Part shown: piece by piece, positions 8,914-18,290 of the stretch | How positions within the stretch are numbered: position 1 is the first letter of the stretch | How the letters are laid out: the number at the start of each line of letters is the position of its first letter | Source: an uncultured Planctomycetia bacterium | Lineage (GTDB): Bacteria; Omnitrophota; Gorgyraeia; 1-14-0-20-64-10 | Reading direction: 5' to 3' | DNA length: 64,000 bases | Assembly: GCA_964373715.1 (NCBI GenBank) | Contig: CAYJVR010000003.1 | Coordinates: 47,050-111,049 of the forward strand | Notes under the pieces: generated by a model | What the model saw: the letters and a program-made list of their open reading frames with translations, nothing else | Databases searched by the model: none | Told to the model about the DNA's origin: nothing | Made by a program: the position numbers and the translations under genes

Positions 8914-10640
8914 CAGTATTTTCTCTCTTGTGGTTTGAATTTTGTAACGACCACCGGTTTATAGCTCAACACCACGCGGTCGCCGTCCCTGTTCGCCAGG
9001 CTGTGCCTCAGGAATTTCTCATCGTCCCGTTTCGGGAAATCTTCGCGGCAGTGCGCCCCGCGAGACTCCTCGCGGGCCAGCGCGGCGGTAACAGTCACCT
9101 GCGCGAGGTCCAGCAGGTGCCCAAGCTCAAACGCCTCCAGCAGCTCCATGTTGTAGCGGGTCCCGGTGTCCTGCAAGCGGACGCCGGCATACCTCTGCTT
9201 CAGCCCCTTCACAATATCGAGCACCTTCTCCAAATCCGGCTTCACCCGAAAGACGGAGGCCTTATCCATCATTTCCTTCTGAAGCTCCTTTCGGATGCCG
9301 GACACGCTCTCTTTGCCGCTGCCGCCGCGCAGCGCCACGATCCGAGAGCTGACCGCCTCTTCCGGGTTCGATGGAAGCGGGACAAGGGAGCCTTTCTTCA
9401 CGAACTCGGCAATCTGCTTCCCACCTTTGCGCCCGAAGACGATAATGTCCACAAGCGAGTTGGTGCCTAGCCGGTTCGCGCCGTGCACCGACACACAGGC
9501 GCACTCGCCGGCCGCGTAGAGACCCGGCATCACGGTGTTCTTCTCGTCGATCACCACCTCGGCGTTCGCGTTTGTCGGGATGCCTCCCATCGCGTAATGG
9601 GCGGTCGGCTGAATCGGAATAGGCTGCTTTGTCGGATCCAGGCCCATGTAAGTCTCCACGAAATCGGTAATGTCCGGCAGTTTCTCATGAATCACCTTGG
9701 CGTCCAGGTGGGTCAGGTCGAGATGGACGTAATCCTTGCCGTCAATCCCTCTTCCCTCGCGCACCTCGATCGCGATCGCGCGGCTGACCATGTCCCGCGG
9801 CGCCAGGTCCTTGAGCGTGGGGGTGTAGCGCTCCATGAACCGCTCGCCGCTCTTGTTGCGCAGTATCCCCCCCTCGCCGCGGGCCGCCTCGGTGATCAGG
9901 ATCCCCATCTTGTAAATGCCGGTCGGGTGGAACTGGAAAAACTCCATATCCTCAAGAGGGATCCCCCGGCGGTAAACCACCCCCATCCCGTCGCCGGTCA
10001 GCGTCAGCGCGTTGGAGGTGATCTTGAACATCCTGCCGCAGCCGCCGGTGGCGAACAGCACCGCCTTTGCGTGGAACGTGTGGATCTCGCCGGTCGCTAT
10101 CTGGATCGCCACGACGCCGCAGGCGGCCCCCTGGTTCATCAACAAGTCCACCACATGGTACTCGTCGAAGAAGGTGACCCCCTGCTTGATGCACTGCTGG
10201 TAAAGGGTCTGCAGGATCATGTGGCCGGTCCGGTCGGCCGCGTAGCAGGAGCGGCGCACCGGGGCCTTTCCAAACTCCTTCGTGTGCCCGCCGAACGGGC
10301 GCTGGGCGATCTTCCCATCCGGCGTCCGGCTGAACGGAAGCCCCATGTGCTCCAACTCATAAACCGTTTCAACCGCCTCGCGGCACATCGTTTCGATGGC
10401 GTCCTGGTCGCCGAGATAATCGCCCCCCTTGACCGTATCGAACATGTGCCATTCCCAGCGGTCCTCTTCCAGATTGCCGAGCGCAGCGCCGATGCCCCCC
10501 TGCGCCGTTCCTGTGTGGGAGCGGGTCGGATAAAGTTTCGACAGAACCGCGGTCTTCGCCCCCTCGGAGGCCTGAAGCGCGGCCATCAAGCCGGCCCCGC
10601 CGGCTCCCACGATAATCGCATCGAACTGATGGACGGCCAC
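8913..10640 (-). CDS. sdhA: Succinate dehydrogenase/fumarate reductase flavoprotein subunit
   Basis: 575 aa with an N-terminal FAD GAGGAG motif and conserved HPT/RxxxH regions. Overlaps the sdhB start. Confidence 0.9.
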   Translation of the reverse strand: MAVHQFDAIIVGAGGAGLMAALQASEGAKTAVLSKLYPTRSHTGTAQGGIGAALGNLEEDRWEWHMFDTVKGGDYLGDQDAIETMCREAVETVYELEHMGLPFSRTPDGKIAQRPFGGHTKEFGKAPVRRSCYAADRTGHMILQTLYQQCIKQGVTFFDEYHVVDLLMNQGAACGVVAIQIATGEIHTFHAKAVLFATGGCGRMFKITSNALTLTGDGMGVVYRRGIPLEDMEFFQFHPTGIYKMGILITEAARGEGGILRNKSGERFMERYTPTLKDLAPRDMVSRAIAIEVREGRGIDGKDYVHLDLTHLDAKVIHEKLPDITDFVETYMGLDPTKQPIPIQPTAHYAMGGIPTNANAEVVIDEKNTVMPGLYAAGECACVSVHGANRLGTNSLVDIIVFGRKGGKQIAEFVKKGSLVPLPSNPEEAVSSRIVALRGGSGKESVSGIRKELQKEMMDKASVFRVKPDLEKVLDIVKGLKQRYAGVRLQDTGTRYNMELLEAFELGHLLDLAQVTVTAALAREESRGAHCREDFPKRDDEKFLRHSLANRDGDRVVLSYKPVVVTKFKPQERKY

Positions 10641-10710
10641 TACCCCACCACCTGTTTAAGCATTTTCATTATAAGTTTGATGCTGTCCCCACCCAAAACA
10701 GGTGGTGGGG

Positions 10711-11100
10711 TTACATGATCTTTCCAGTTGCCGGGTTGAAAAACAGGATGACCCACGTCCCGAGGATGAGAAAAACACCTCCCACGAAGTAGATCCCCCT
10801 GATCGAGATTCCCCTCAGAGGCTGTTTCAGGTAATCGTCCGCCAGAATTCTCAAACCGTTCAAACCGTGGAGCATCGCCAGCCAAAGCATCGCCAGGTCA
10901 TACGCGCGCCAGAAAAGGTGCATGTAACGCTGCGCGACAAAATCATAGCTAATCACGTGGATGCTGTTGAAGATATGCATGATAAACATGTGCCCGACCG
11001 CCAAGAGGACCAGCACGAGGCCGGAGTAGCGCATGAAGAGCCAGGTAAACAGCTCCGAACCTCCGGAGGGCCTGGGGCGCGAACCGTAGGAGGAGCTCAC
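10711..11100 (-). CDS. sdhD: Succinate dehydrogenase hydrophobic membrane anchor subunit
   Basis: Three-TM C-terminal part of the 241-aa ORF. A GTG at 11100 overlaps the sdhC stop (GTGA). An alternative ATG start is at 11034. The upstream part of the annotated ORF is GC-rich and unlikely to be coding. Confidence 0.6.
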   Translation of the reverse strand: MSSSYGSRPRPSGGSELFTWLFMRYSGLVLVLLAVGHMFIMHIFNSIHVISYDFVAQRYMHLFWRAYDLAMLWLAMLHGLNGLRILADDYLKQPLRGISIRGIYFVGGVFLILGTWVILFFNPATGKIM

Positions 11101-11465
11101 GAATGCAAACCCTCCAGGATATGGCCGATCATGATCCAGGCCACCGGCAGAAAAACGAGGAAGAACAGGGCCATCTCGACCATAAACATCTTCTTGTAGT
11201 GGACGGTCGAGGCCGGCCAGAAATCGATGATCACAATTCGGATCCCGTTGAGCGCATGGTACAAAACGGCTGCGAAAAGCCCGATCTCCATCACACCGAA
11301 AAGAGGCATCCGGAAAATCTGCATCAGATGATTGTATCGCTCGGGGCCGAGCATGATCAGGGAGGTGTCGAGGATATGCGTGAAAAGGAACAAGAGCACA
11401 CCGACCCCCGACAACCGATGAAGGGCCCACGACCACTGCCCGATTCCCCCCTTATAAACCGTCAT
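11097..11465 (-). CDS. sdhC: Succinate dehydrogenase cytochrome b subunit
   Basis: 122 aa with 3 TM helices and a heme His in HILDTS. Confidence 0.75.
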   Translation of the reverse strand: MTVYKGGIGQWSWALHRLSGVGVLLFLFTHILDTSLIMLGPERYNHLMQIFRMPLFGVMEIGLFAAVLYHALNGIRIVIIDFWPASTVHYKKMFMVEMALFFLVFLPVAWIMIGHILEGLHS

Positions 11466-12142
11466 AACAATCTCCTCCCGTACCGGGTTGGATCTGAAAT
11501 GCCGGCAGCCTTGAAACCAGCTTTCCGTTCAGCGCATTTTTGGCAGCGGCCGCAGTGCCTCCGGTTAACCGGCCGCAGACAGGAAAAGGTTTTATCCCAC
11601 GGGACGTCGGACCATCGGTTCAGCACCTCCGCCTTTGTCCACTCCCCCAATGGGGCGGCGATCCGCAGAGGAAAGGCCAGCGCTTCCGTCAAAAGGTTCT
11701 CCATCTGCTTGATGAAACCGGCCTGAGCGTCCCTGAAGGGGTTCCCCTTCAGGATGCCGATCCAGAGGTTCGGGATCTTCCGGACACTGCAAAAGAGGCC
11801 TCCGAGGCTTAAGAGAAGCACATTCCTGCCCGGCAGGTAAACTGCGTCATCCGGAGCCCGAAAGTTCGGCGTGCCACTCTTTCCCAAGCTCCAGTGGCGC
11901 CCGTAAATCGGGGACAACGGTATGTTCAGCACCGTCAGACGGGCCAGCCCGTCCAACTCCATCACCCTGAGCAGCTTCCTTAAAGAGACCAGCTCCGCCA
12001 CCTCCCACTGGAGCTCCTTGCGGATATAGATAGGATAGACCCGCTCGTACCTCTTGAGCGCCTCTTTCAGCATCGCGGCGCTTTCCACACCGCCGCTGAC
12101 CAGCACCGCTACCGCTGTTCCTTGATCTTTCCCGCTGCTCAT
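11462..12142 (-). CDS. queC: 7-cyano-7-deazaguanine synthase
   Basis: PP-loop SGGVES and a C-terminal Zn site CxxC...CGRCQKCAERK. The stop overlaps the sdhC start. Confidence 0.8.
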   Translation of the reverse strand: MSSGKDQGTAVAVLVSGGVESAAMLKEALKRYERVYPIYIRKELQWEVAELVSLRKLLRVMELDGLARLTVLNIPLSPIYGRHWSLGKSGTPNFRAPDDAVYLPGRNVLLLSLGGLFCSVRKIPNLWIGILKGNPFRDAQAGFIKQMENLLTEALAFPLRIAAPLGEWTKAEVLNRWSDVPWDKTFSCLRPVNRRHCGRCQKCAERKAGFKAAGISDPTRYGRRLL

Positions 12143-12167
12143 CGTATGATCATTCCGTTATTCCGCC

Positions 12168-12575
12168 ATGTACAAAGTCACGAAAGAAATCCACTTCTGC
12201 TACGGCCACCGGCTCCTCAATTACGATGGCAAATGCCGGTTTCTACATGGCCATAACGCTAAAGCCGAGATCGAACTCAGTTCCGAAACACTCGACCACC
12301 GGGGCATGGTGATGGACTTCAACGAGGTTAAACGCCGTCTTCAGAGCTGGGTAGACTCCACGTTGGACCACAAGATGCTGCTCAACAAGGCCGACCCGCT
12401 TCTTCCCGCGCTGAAACCGGAAACCGAGCCGGTCGTGCTGATGGACCGGAACCCGACCGCTGAAGTCATTTCTCAAATGATCTACGATTACGCCAAGAAT
12501 CAGGGATTCCCGATCGCCGAGGTCCGGCTTTGGGAAACTCCGACATCGTTCGCGACCTACCGGCCGTCCGTTTAA
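12168..12575 (+). CDS. queD: 6-carboxy-5,6,7,8-tetrahydropterin synthase (PTPS family)
   Basis: CxxxHGH (CYGHRLLNYDGKCRFLHGHN) and ExE motifs. Sits divergent to queC with only 25 bp between the start codons. Confidence 0.8.
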   Translation: MYKVTKEIHFCYGHRLLNYDGKCRFLHGHNAKAEIELSSETLDHRGMVMDFNEVKRRLQSWVDSTLDHKMLLNKADPLLPALKPETEPVVLMDRNPTAEVISQMIYDYAKNQGFPIAEVRLWETPTSFATYRPSV

Positions 12576-12906
12576 TCTCAGCCCCTACGCTCGCAGTGCC
12601 CGGAACCGAAAACTTCCTCACCCGGACCACCGCCTCTTCCGGCCGGAACCGCCCCATCAGCTCTCCCGCAACCGCTTCAGCCAGCGCCTCCACAAGGCAA
12701 AATTGCTTTTTTTCCGTCATCTCCCGGACAATCTGGGCAACCGCCGCATAATCCACCGTCTTTTCAAACTGGTCACTCGTCCCGGCCGGTTTTAAATCCA
12801 ATACCAGCTCAATATCCACTGAAACCCGCTGTTCCCGCCCCCGTTCCTCTTCCGGGACGCCAACATGGGCCATGCACTCCAGTCCCTCAATCAAAATTTT
12901 ATCCAA
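12466..12906 (-). CDS. folB: Dihydroneopterin aldolase family protein (FolB/FolX-like)
   Basis: The N-terminal 115 aa have the ILIEGLE...GVxxEER...VDIEL...TVDYAAV FolB pattern. The C-terminal 28 aa overlap the queD 3' end convergently. Confidence 0.65.
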   Translation of the reverse strand: MDKILIEGLECMAHVGVPEEERGREQRVSVDIELVLDLKPAGTSDQFEKTVDYAAVAQIVREMTEKKQFCLVEALAEAVAGELMGRFRPEEAVVRVRKFSVPGTASVGAEIKRTAGRSRTMSEFPKAGPRRSGIPDSWRNRRSFEK

Positions 12907-13549
12907 GCTGCCTCCTGGCCCCCCCGATTAATCCCAAAAACGCATCCATGTCCTTCGCCTGAAGGAAAGGATTGACCGTTTTCTCCTCCTGAAGACGGGA
13001 AGTAGGCGCGGCGGCGTAATTGTGGCCCGGGTGAATTACCAGCCTCTCATCGAGGCCGCGTAAACGGGTCAAACTTTTGTACATCATCTCCGGGTCCCCG
13101 CCCGGCAAGTCACAGCGGCCGCAGCCGCCGATAAAGAGGGTGTCTCCGGTAATCAGGAGATCCCCCGCAGTGATGCAGATGGACCCGGGGGTATGCCCCG
13201 GGGTATGCAGGAACGAAAGCTTCAGCGGGCCAAGCGCAATCTCGTGGCCCCCTTCGATAATCTTTTTGCTCCCCTTCTCCAGCGGCAAGGCCGCGTCTTC
13301 CTTTTTATGGACCACCACCTGGGCGTCGGTCTTCTCGACCACTTCCGGCACCCCGTTGATGTGGTCGAGATGTGTGTGGGTCACAATCACGGTCGTGATC
13401 CGCATCTCGTCCTGTTTGGCGGTCTCAAGAATCCGCGGGACGTCCCAGCCCGGGTCAACGACGGCCGCTTCCCTCGTTTCGAGTGAGCCAATCAGATAAA
13501 CGAAATTCTGCAAAGGGCCCAATTCAATCTGTTTCAGGTAAATTTTCAT
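12899..13549 (-). CDS. MBL-fold metallo-hydrolase (glyoxalase II-like)
   Basis: THTHLDH metal motif and downstream His/Asp ligands. Confidence 0.8.
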   Translation of the reverse strand: MKIYLKQIELGPLQNFVYLIGSLETREAAVVDPGWDVPRILETAKQDEMRITTVIVTHTHLDHINGVPEVVEKTDAQVVVHKKEDAALPLEKGSKKIIEGGHEIALGPLKLSFLHTPGHTPGSICITAGDLLITGDTLFIGGCGRCDLPGGDPEMMYKSLTRLRGLDERLVIHPGHNYAAAPTSRLQEEKTVNPFLQAKDMDAFLGLIGGARRQLG

Positions 13550-13580
13550 GACAACTCCGTTCGCCGAACGGATAGGCTGG

Positions 13581-14567
13581 TTACTTCTTTTTTCTTTTCA
13601 CGGCGCGGCGGGCGGCCTGCGCGATATCCGCCGCCGTCAATCCGTACTTCTTGAAAAGCTCTTCCGGCTGGCCCGACTCGGCGTAGGTGTCCTGAATACC
13701 GACAAACTCCACCGGGACAGGGTGTAGCCTGGAAAGAGCCTGCGATACGGCGGACCCGAGGCCGCCCCAGACCGAGTGCTCCTCCGCCACGACAAAAGCA
13801 CCTGTCGCTTCCGCCTGGGAGACCAGCAGGCTTTCATCCAGAGGTTTGATCGTGTGCATATCCACGACAGCGGCGGAGACCCCCTCTTTCTGCAGCTGCT
13901 CAGCGGCAAGAAGCGCCTCCCAAACAAGCAATCCGTTGGCCGCAAGGGTCACATCACTGCCGCTCCTGACCAGGATCCCTTTGCCCATCTTGACCGGCGT
14001 GGAGGGGCCGTGGATCACCGGGGCCTTCGGGCGGCCGGTCCGGATGTAGACCGGGCCCTCCGTCCCACCGGCTTCGGTAACCAAAGCGCGCGTGGAATGT
14101 TCGTCCGACGGCACAATCACCGTAAAATTCGGAAGGGAGGACATCAGCGCAACATCTTCGATGGACTGCTGAGAAGATCCATCCTCGCCGACGCTGATGC
14201 CGCCGTGCGAGGTGACCACCTTCACGTTCAGCTTCGGCAGCGCAACCGCCATCCGGAGCTGGTCGTATCCCTTACAGACCAGGAAACAGGCAAAGCTGGA
14301 AATAAACGGAATCTTACCGGAAGAGGCCAACCCCCCCGCCAATCCCACCATGTTCGCTTCGGCAATCCCAACGTTGAAAAACCGTTCAGGGAAAAGCTTC
14401 GCGAAAGCAGAGGTGCGTGTGGAGGAGGAGAGATCAGCGTCTAAAACGACGATTTTCGAATTCTTCTTCCCCAACTCGGCGAGGGCTTGTCCGTAGGCAT
14501 CCCGGGTGGCGAGTCCAAGTTTCTTTTCCACGGGTCTACGCGTGACTACAGCGCCGGTCATTGCCAT
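13581..14567 (-). CDS. Transketolase, C-terminal section (split transketolase subunit B)
   Basis: Pyrimidine-binding and C-terminal transketolase domains. 328 aa. Confidence 0.85.
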   Translation of the reverse strand: MAMTGAVVTRRPVEKKLGLATRDAYGQALAELGKKNSKIVVLDADLSSSTRTSAFAKLFPERFFNVGIAEANMVGLAGGLASSGKIPFISSFACFLVCKGYDQLRMAVALPKLNVKVVTSHGGISVGEDGSSQQSIEDVALMSSLPNFTVIVPSDEHSTRALVTEAGGTEGPVYIRTGRPKAPVIHGPSTPVKMGKGILVRSGSDVTLAANGLLVWEALLAAEQLQKEGVSAAVVDMHTIKPLDESLLVSQAEATGAFVVAEEHSVWGGLGSAVSQALSRLHPVPVEFVGIQDTYAESGQPEELFKKYGLTAADIAQAARRAVKRKKK

Positions 14568-14576
14568 AAGCCGCTT

Positions 14577-15464
14577 TCATTTACTCCCCTTCTTTACCTT
14601 GCCGGCCGCAATCAGCGCCTGGGAAAGAGAGGGATCCCCGTCCAGCTCCTTCAAAGCGGCCTGGGCCTCCTCGGAGGTTGGCGCCACTCCGTGGAAATAG
14701 TTGTTATTCTCCATAAAGGAAACCCCCTTCCCCTTCACCGTGTGGGCGATGATCAGGTGCGGCTGGCCTTTATGGGCCTTGGCCTGCTCGATGGCCTGGA
14801 GCACCTGCGGGATTGAATGGCCGTCCACCTCCTGGACATGCCAGCGAAACGATTCCCACTTGGCCTTGAACGGCTCCATATCGAGGATATCCTTGAGCGC
14901 TCCATCCAACTGAAACTTGTTGTAATCCACGATGGCGATGAGGCGGTCCAGCTTATGGAAGCCTGCGAAAGCCACCGCCTCCCAGGTTTGCCCCTCCTCC
15001 GTCTCGCCGTCGCTCATCAAGCAGTAGGTCCGGTAATCCTTCTTGTCCATCACCCCGGCCAGCGCGATACCGCAGGAAACCGAAAGCCCCTGGCCGAGAG
15101 AACCGGTCGAAGCCTCCAAAGCGGGTATAAACCTCTGGTCTGGGTGCCCCTGTAAAGGAGAACCGGTCTTGCGCAGGGTGGACAGCCACTCCTGGGGGAA
15201 ATAACCGGCCTTCGCCATCGCCGCGTAAAGGATCGGGCAGCCGTGCCCTTTGCTGAGAACGAACCGATCCCGGTCTTCCCAGTGCGGATTTTTCGGGTCA
15301 TACCGCATCACGTTGAAATAAAGGGAAGTGACGATGTCGGCTGCGGACAGCGAACCGCCCGGGTGGCCGGACGCAGACTTTTCCAGCATCCGGATCACCT
15401 CTTTCCTCATCTCACGAGCTACCTCTGGAAGCTGCGAAGCAGGCACTGAAAGTGACGTGGGCAT
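14577..15464 (-). CDS. Transketolase, N-terminal section (split transketolase subunit A, TPP-binding)
   Basis: GHPGGSLS and GDG..EG motifs. Start placed at ATG 15464 (MPTSL...), because the ORF-track start at 15536 is a TTG. Confidence 0.8.
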   Translation of the reverse strand: MPTSLSVPASQLPEVAREMRKEVIRMLEKSASGHPGGSLSAADIVTSLYFNVMRYDPKNPHWEDRDRFVLSKGHGCPILYAAMAKAGYFPQEWLSTLRKTGSPLQGHPDQRFIPALEASTGSLGQGLSVSCGIALAGVMDKKDYRTYCLMSDGETEEGQTWEAVAFAGFHKLDRLIAIVDYNKFQLDGALKDILDMEPFKAKWESFRWHVQEVDGHSIPQVLQAIEQAKAHKGQPHLIIAHTVKGKGVSFMENNNYFHGVAPTSEEAQAALKELDGDPSLSQALIAAGKVKKGSK

Positions 15465-15586
15465 TGCAAAAGGATAATACCGATTTTCTTGAACTCCGTC
15501 AACCCCAGCCTCCGGATTCCTCGCAATGACAAACAATTATCCTTTTGTTATAATAACCGCTCCGTTTCATTTTCTTTACCAAATCC

Positions 15587-16078
15587 ATGACGCAAAACAT
15601 CTTTTATCTTCTCGCCGCGCTGAGTATCGCCGGCGCGCTCGGGGTCATCCTGGCGCGCAACCCGGTGTATGCCGTTTTGAGCCTGGTGGCGACGATGTTC
15701 GCCATCTCCGGCATCTTTCTCCTACTGCACGCCTACTTCGTGGCGGCGATCCAGATCCTGGTCTACGCCGGCGCCGTGCTCGTGCTCTTCCTGTTCGTGG
15801 TGATGCTGCTGGACATGGCGCCGGAGACCATGTTCCGCATGAAGATCAACACGCTGAAAATCGGCGGCGCCCTTTTCAGCCTCTTCCTTCTCTGGGAAAT
15901 CCTGACGGCAGCAGGCTTCTTCACCATCCCTTCGGCTAACGACAACTCGTCCCAGGGAACGACAGCGGCGGTAGGCAAACTCCTTTTTACCCGCTACGCA
16001 CTGCCCTTTGAGCTGGCCTCAATCCTTCTTTTAGTCGGCATCATCGGCGCCATCGTGTTGGCCAAAAAGAAACTATGA
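15587..16078 (+). CDS. nuoJ: NADH-quinone oxidoreductase subunit J
   Basis: Typical NuoJ five-TM profile. First gene of nuoJKLMN. Confidence 0.85.
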   Translation: MTQNIFYLLAALSIAGALGVILARNPVYAVLSLVATMFAISGIFLLLHAYFVAAIQILVYAGAVLVLFLFVVMLLDMAPETMFRMKINTLKIGGALFSLFLLWEILTAAGFFTIPSANDNSSQGTTAAVGKLLFTRYALPFELASILLLVGIIGAIVLAKKKL

Positions 16079-16377
16079 TCTCACTCACACATCTGCTGGC
16101 ACTCAGCGGTATCCTTTTCGTCATCGGGCTAATCGGCACGATCACTCGGCGCAACATCATCATGATCCTGCTGAGCCTCGAGATCATCCTCAACGGGGTC
16201 AATATCGCTTTCGTCGCCTTCTCCTACGCTTTAGGCAACCTGACCGGGCAAATCATCGTCTTCTTCGTCATGATCGTCGCAGCGGTGGAGGTCACGGTGG
16301 GCCTAGCAATCGCTGTGGTCCTCGTCCAACAAATGGGCCAAACAAACGCCGATGAGCTGAAGCTGCTCAAATGGTAG
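16075..16377 (+). CDS. nuoK: NADH-quinone oxidoreductase subunit K
   Basis: 100 aa with 3 TM helices and conserved Glu residues. Confidence 0.85.
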   Translation: MISLTHLLALSGILFVIGLIGTITRRNIIMILLSLEIILNGVNIAFVAFSYALGNLTGQIIVFFVMIVAAVEVTVGLAIAVVLVQQMGQTNADELKLLKW

Positions 16378-18290
16378 AGCACCAAGAAATCGCCCGCGCT
16401 GCCGCGGCGCACACGGTCGCTCCGGCCGGCTGGCTCGCATGGACGATTCTCTTCCTGCCTCTGGCCGCATTTTTGGCAATCACTTTCCTTACCCGGAAAT
16501 CCAAACTCCTCAGCACCTCTTTAGCGATCGGCTCTATGGCCATCGGCCTGGCGGCAACCGGCACTCTTCTGCTTCATCTTCTGCGCGCCGGTGAGCACGC
16601 CGCTTATCAATACACCGTGAACTGGATCACCCTGCCAGGCCTGGCGGTCGAGTTCGGCCTGCTGATCAATCCCCTCTCGGTGCTGATGAGCCTTGTGGTC
16701 ACAGGGGTAGGTCTGATGATCTTCCTCTATTCGATTGGCTACATGGCGGACGACGCGGCCTACAGCCGCTACTTCGCCTACCTCTCCCTCTTCGCTTTCT
16801 CAATGCTCGGAATCGTGCTGGCCAATAACTTCGTCACCCTCTTCATGTCCTGGGAACTCGTGGGAGCCAGCTCCTACCTGCTGATCGGCTTCTGGTACGA
16901 CAAACCGGCGGCGGCCGATGCCGGTAAAAAAGCGTTTCTTGTCAACCGAATCGCCGACTTCGGCTTTTTGGCCGGAATCCTGATGCTCTGGAGCATCGCA
17001 GGCAACCAGCTCGACCCGAAAACGCTCAACCTCATTGAGCTGGAACAGAGGATGCCGGGCCTTATCGCGCAGTGGGGCGTGAACCTGTTTTCCCCGCTCT
17101 CGATCGCGGCACTGCTGATCTTCTGCGGAGCGGTCGGCAAGTCGGCCCAGTTTCCTCTGCATGTCTGGCTGCCCGACGCGATGCAGGGCCCGACGCCGGT
17201 TTCCGCCCTCATGCATGCCGCCACGATGGTGGCGGCGGGCGTTTACATGATCTGCCGGGTCTTTTTTCTCTTCGGAGAAGTTCCCGGCGCGCTCGAAATC
17301 ATCGCGGTGATCGGCGGCTTCACCTCGATCTTCGCGGCCAGCATGGCCCTCGTGGAAAACGACATCAAACGGATCCTCGCCTACTCCACCTTGAGCCAGC
17401 TCGGCACCATGGTGATGGCGCTGGGCCTGGGCGGCTACACCGCCGGCATGTACCACCTCTCCACGCACGCCTTCTTTAAAGCGCTTCTCTTTCTCGGCGC
17501 CGGCTGCGTGATTCACGCGATGCACTCGAACAACATCTGGCACATGGGAGGCTTAAAGAAAGCCATGCCGGTCACCACAGCCCTCTTTTTCATCGGCTCG
17601 CTCGCGCTGGCCGGCATCTGGCCCCTGTCCGGGTTCTGGAGCAAAGACGAGATCCTGGCGCTGGCCTTCGGCAAATGCAAGATCCTCTGGACGGTCGGCA
17701 CAGTGACCGCCGGAATGACCGCCTACTACATGGGCCGGGTGCTCTGCGTGGTTTTCCTGGGGGAACAACGGGACCACCACGCCCACCCGCACGAAGTACC
17801 TCCTGTCATGTATATGCCGCTCATCGTGCTGGCAATTTTCTCGGTGGTTGGCGGTTTTATTGGGATCCCCTCCCTGCTCCATCACGCAAAGGGGGTCCAC
17901 GTCGAGTTTAACAAGCTGGTGGCACTGATCTCCAGCGCCGCGGCAGCCGGCGGATTGTTGCTGGCTTTCAAGGTTTACGGCAAACAACCGCAAGAGGACC
18001 CATTCGCGGTGAGGTTCAAGGGGCTCACCCGCCTGCTGACCAGCAAATATTACATAGACGACATCTACGGCTGGCTCAACACCAACATCCAGCAGAGGAC
18101 GGCATTGGTCTCCGCTTGGGTGGAGCGAAACGTCATCATGAGTTTCCTCGTCAACGGCACCGCTAAAATTACCGGCTTGTCCGGCTCCCTCTTAACCAAA
18201 TTTCAGACCGGCAAAGTGCAGGCCTATGCGTTGAGCCTGGTCGCAGGCATCGGGATACTGATCTACGTGGGATGGCGATGCATCCCGTAA
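16371..18290 (+). CDS. nuoL: NADH-quinone oxidoreductase subunit L
   Basis: 639-aa antiporter-like subunit. Confidence 0.9.
   Translation: MVEHQEIARAAAAHTVAPAGWLAWTILFLPLAAFLAITFLTRKSKLLSTSLAIGSMAIGLAATGTLLLHLLRAGEHAAYQYTVNWITLPGLAVEFGLLINPLSVLMSLVVTGVGLMIFLYSIGYMADDAAYSRYFAYLSLFAFSMLGIVLANNFVTLFMSWELVGASSYLLIGFWYDKPAAADAGKKAFLVNRIADFGFLAGILMLWSIAGNQLDPKTLNLIELEQRMPGLIAQWGVNLFSPLSIAALLIFCGAVGKSAQFPLHVWLPDAMQGPTPVSALMHAATMVAAGVYMICRVFFLFGEVPGALEIIAVIGGFTSIFAASMALVENDIKRILAYSTLSQLGTMVMALGLGGYTAGMYHLSTHAFFKALLFLGAGCVIHAMHSNNIWHMGGLKKAMPVTTALFFIGSLALAGIWPLSGFWSKDEILALAFGKCKILWTVGTVTAGMTAYYMGRVLCVVFLGEQRDHHAHPHEVPPVMYMPLIVLAIFSVVGGFIGIPSLLHHAKGVHVEFNKLVALISSAAAAGGLLLAFKVYGKQPQEDPFAVRFKGLTRLLTSKYYIDDIYGWLNTNIQQRTALVSAWVERNVIMSFLVNGTAKITGLSGSLLTKFQTGKVQAYALSLVAGIGILIYVGWRCIP

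Noticed and set aside
10711-11436. 241-aa reading frame annotated in the ORF track for the SDH anchor
   Set aside because: The upstream 110 codons are GC-rich and overlap sdhC. Only the C-terminal ~110-130 aa form the three-helix SdhD anchor, so the start was moved to 11100 or 11034.
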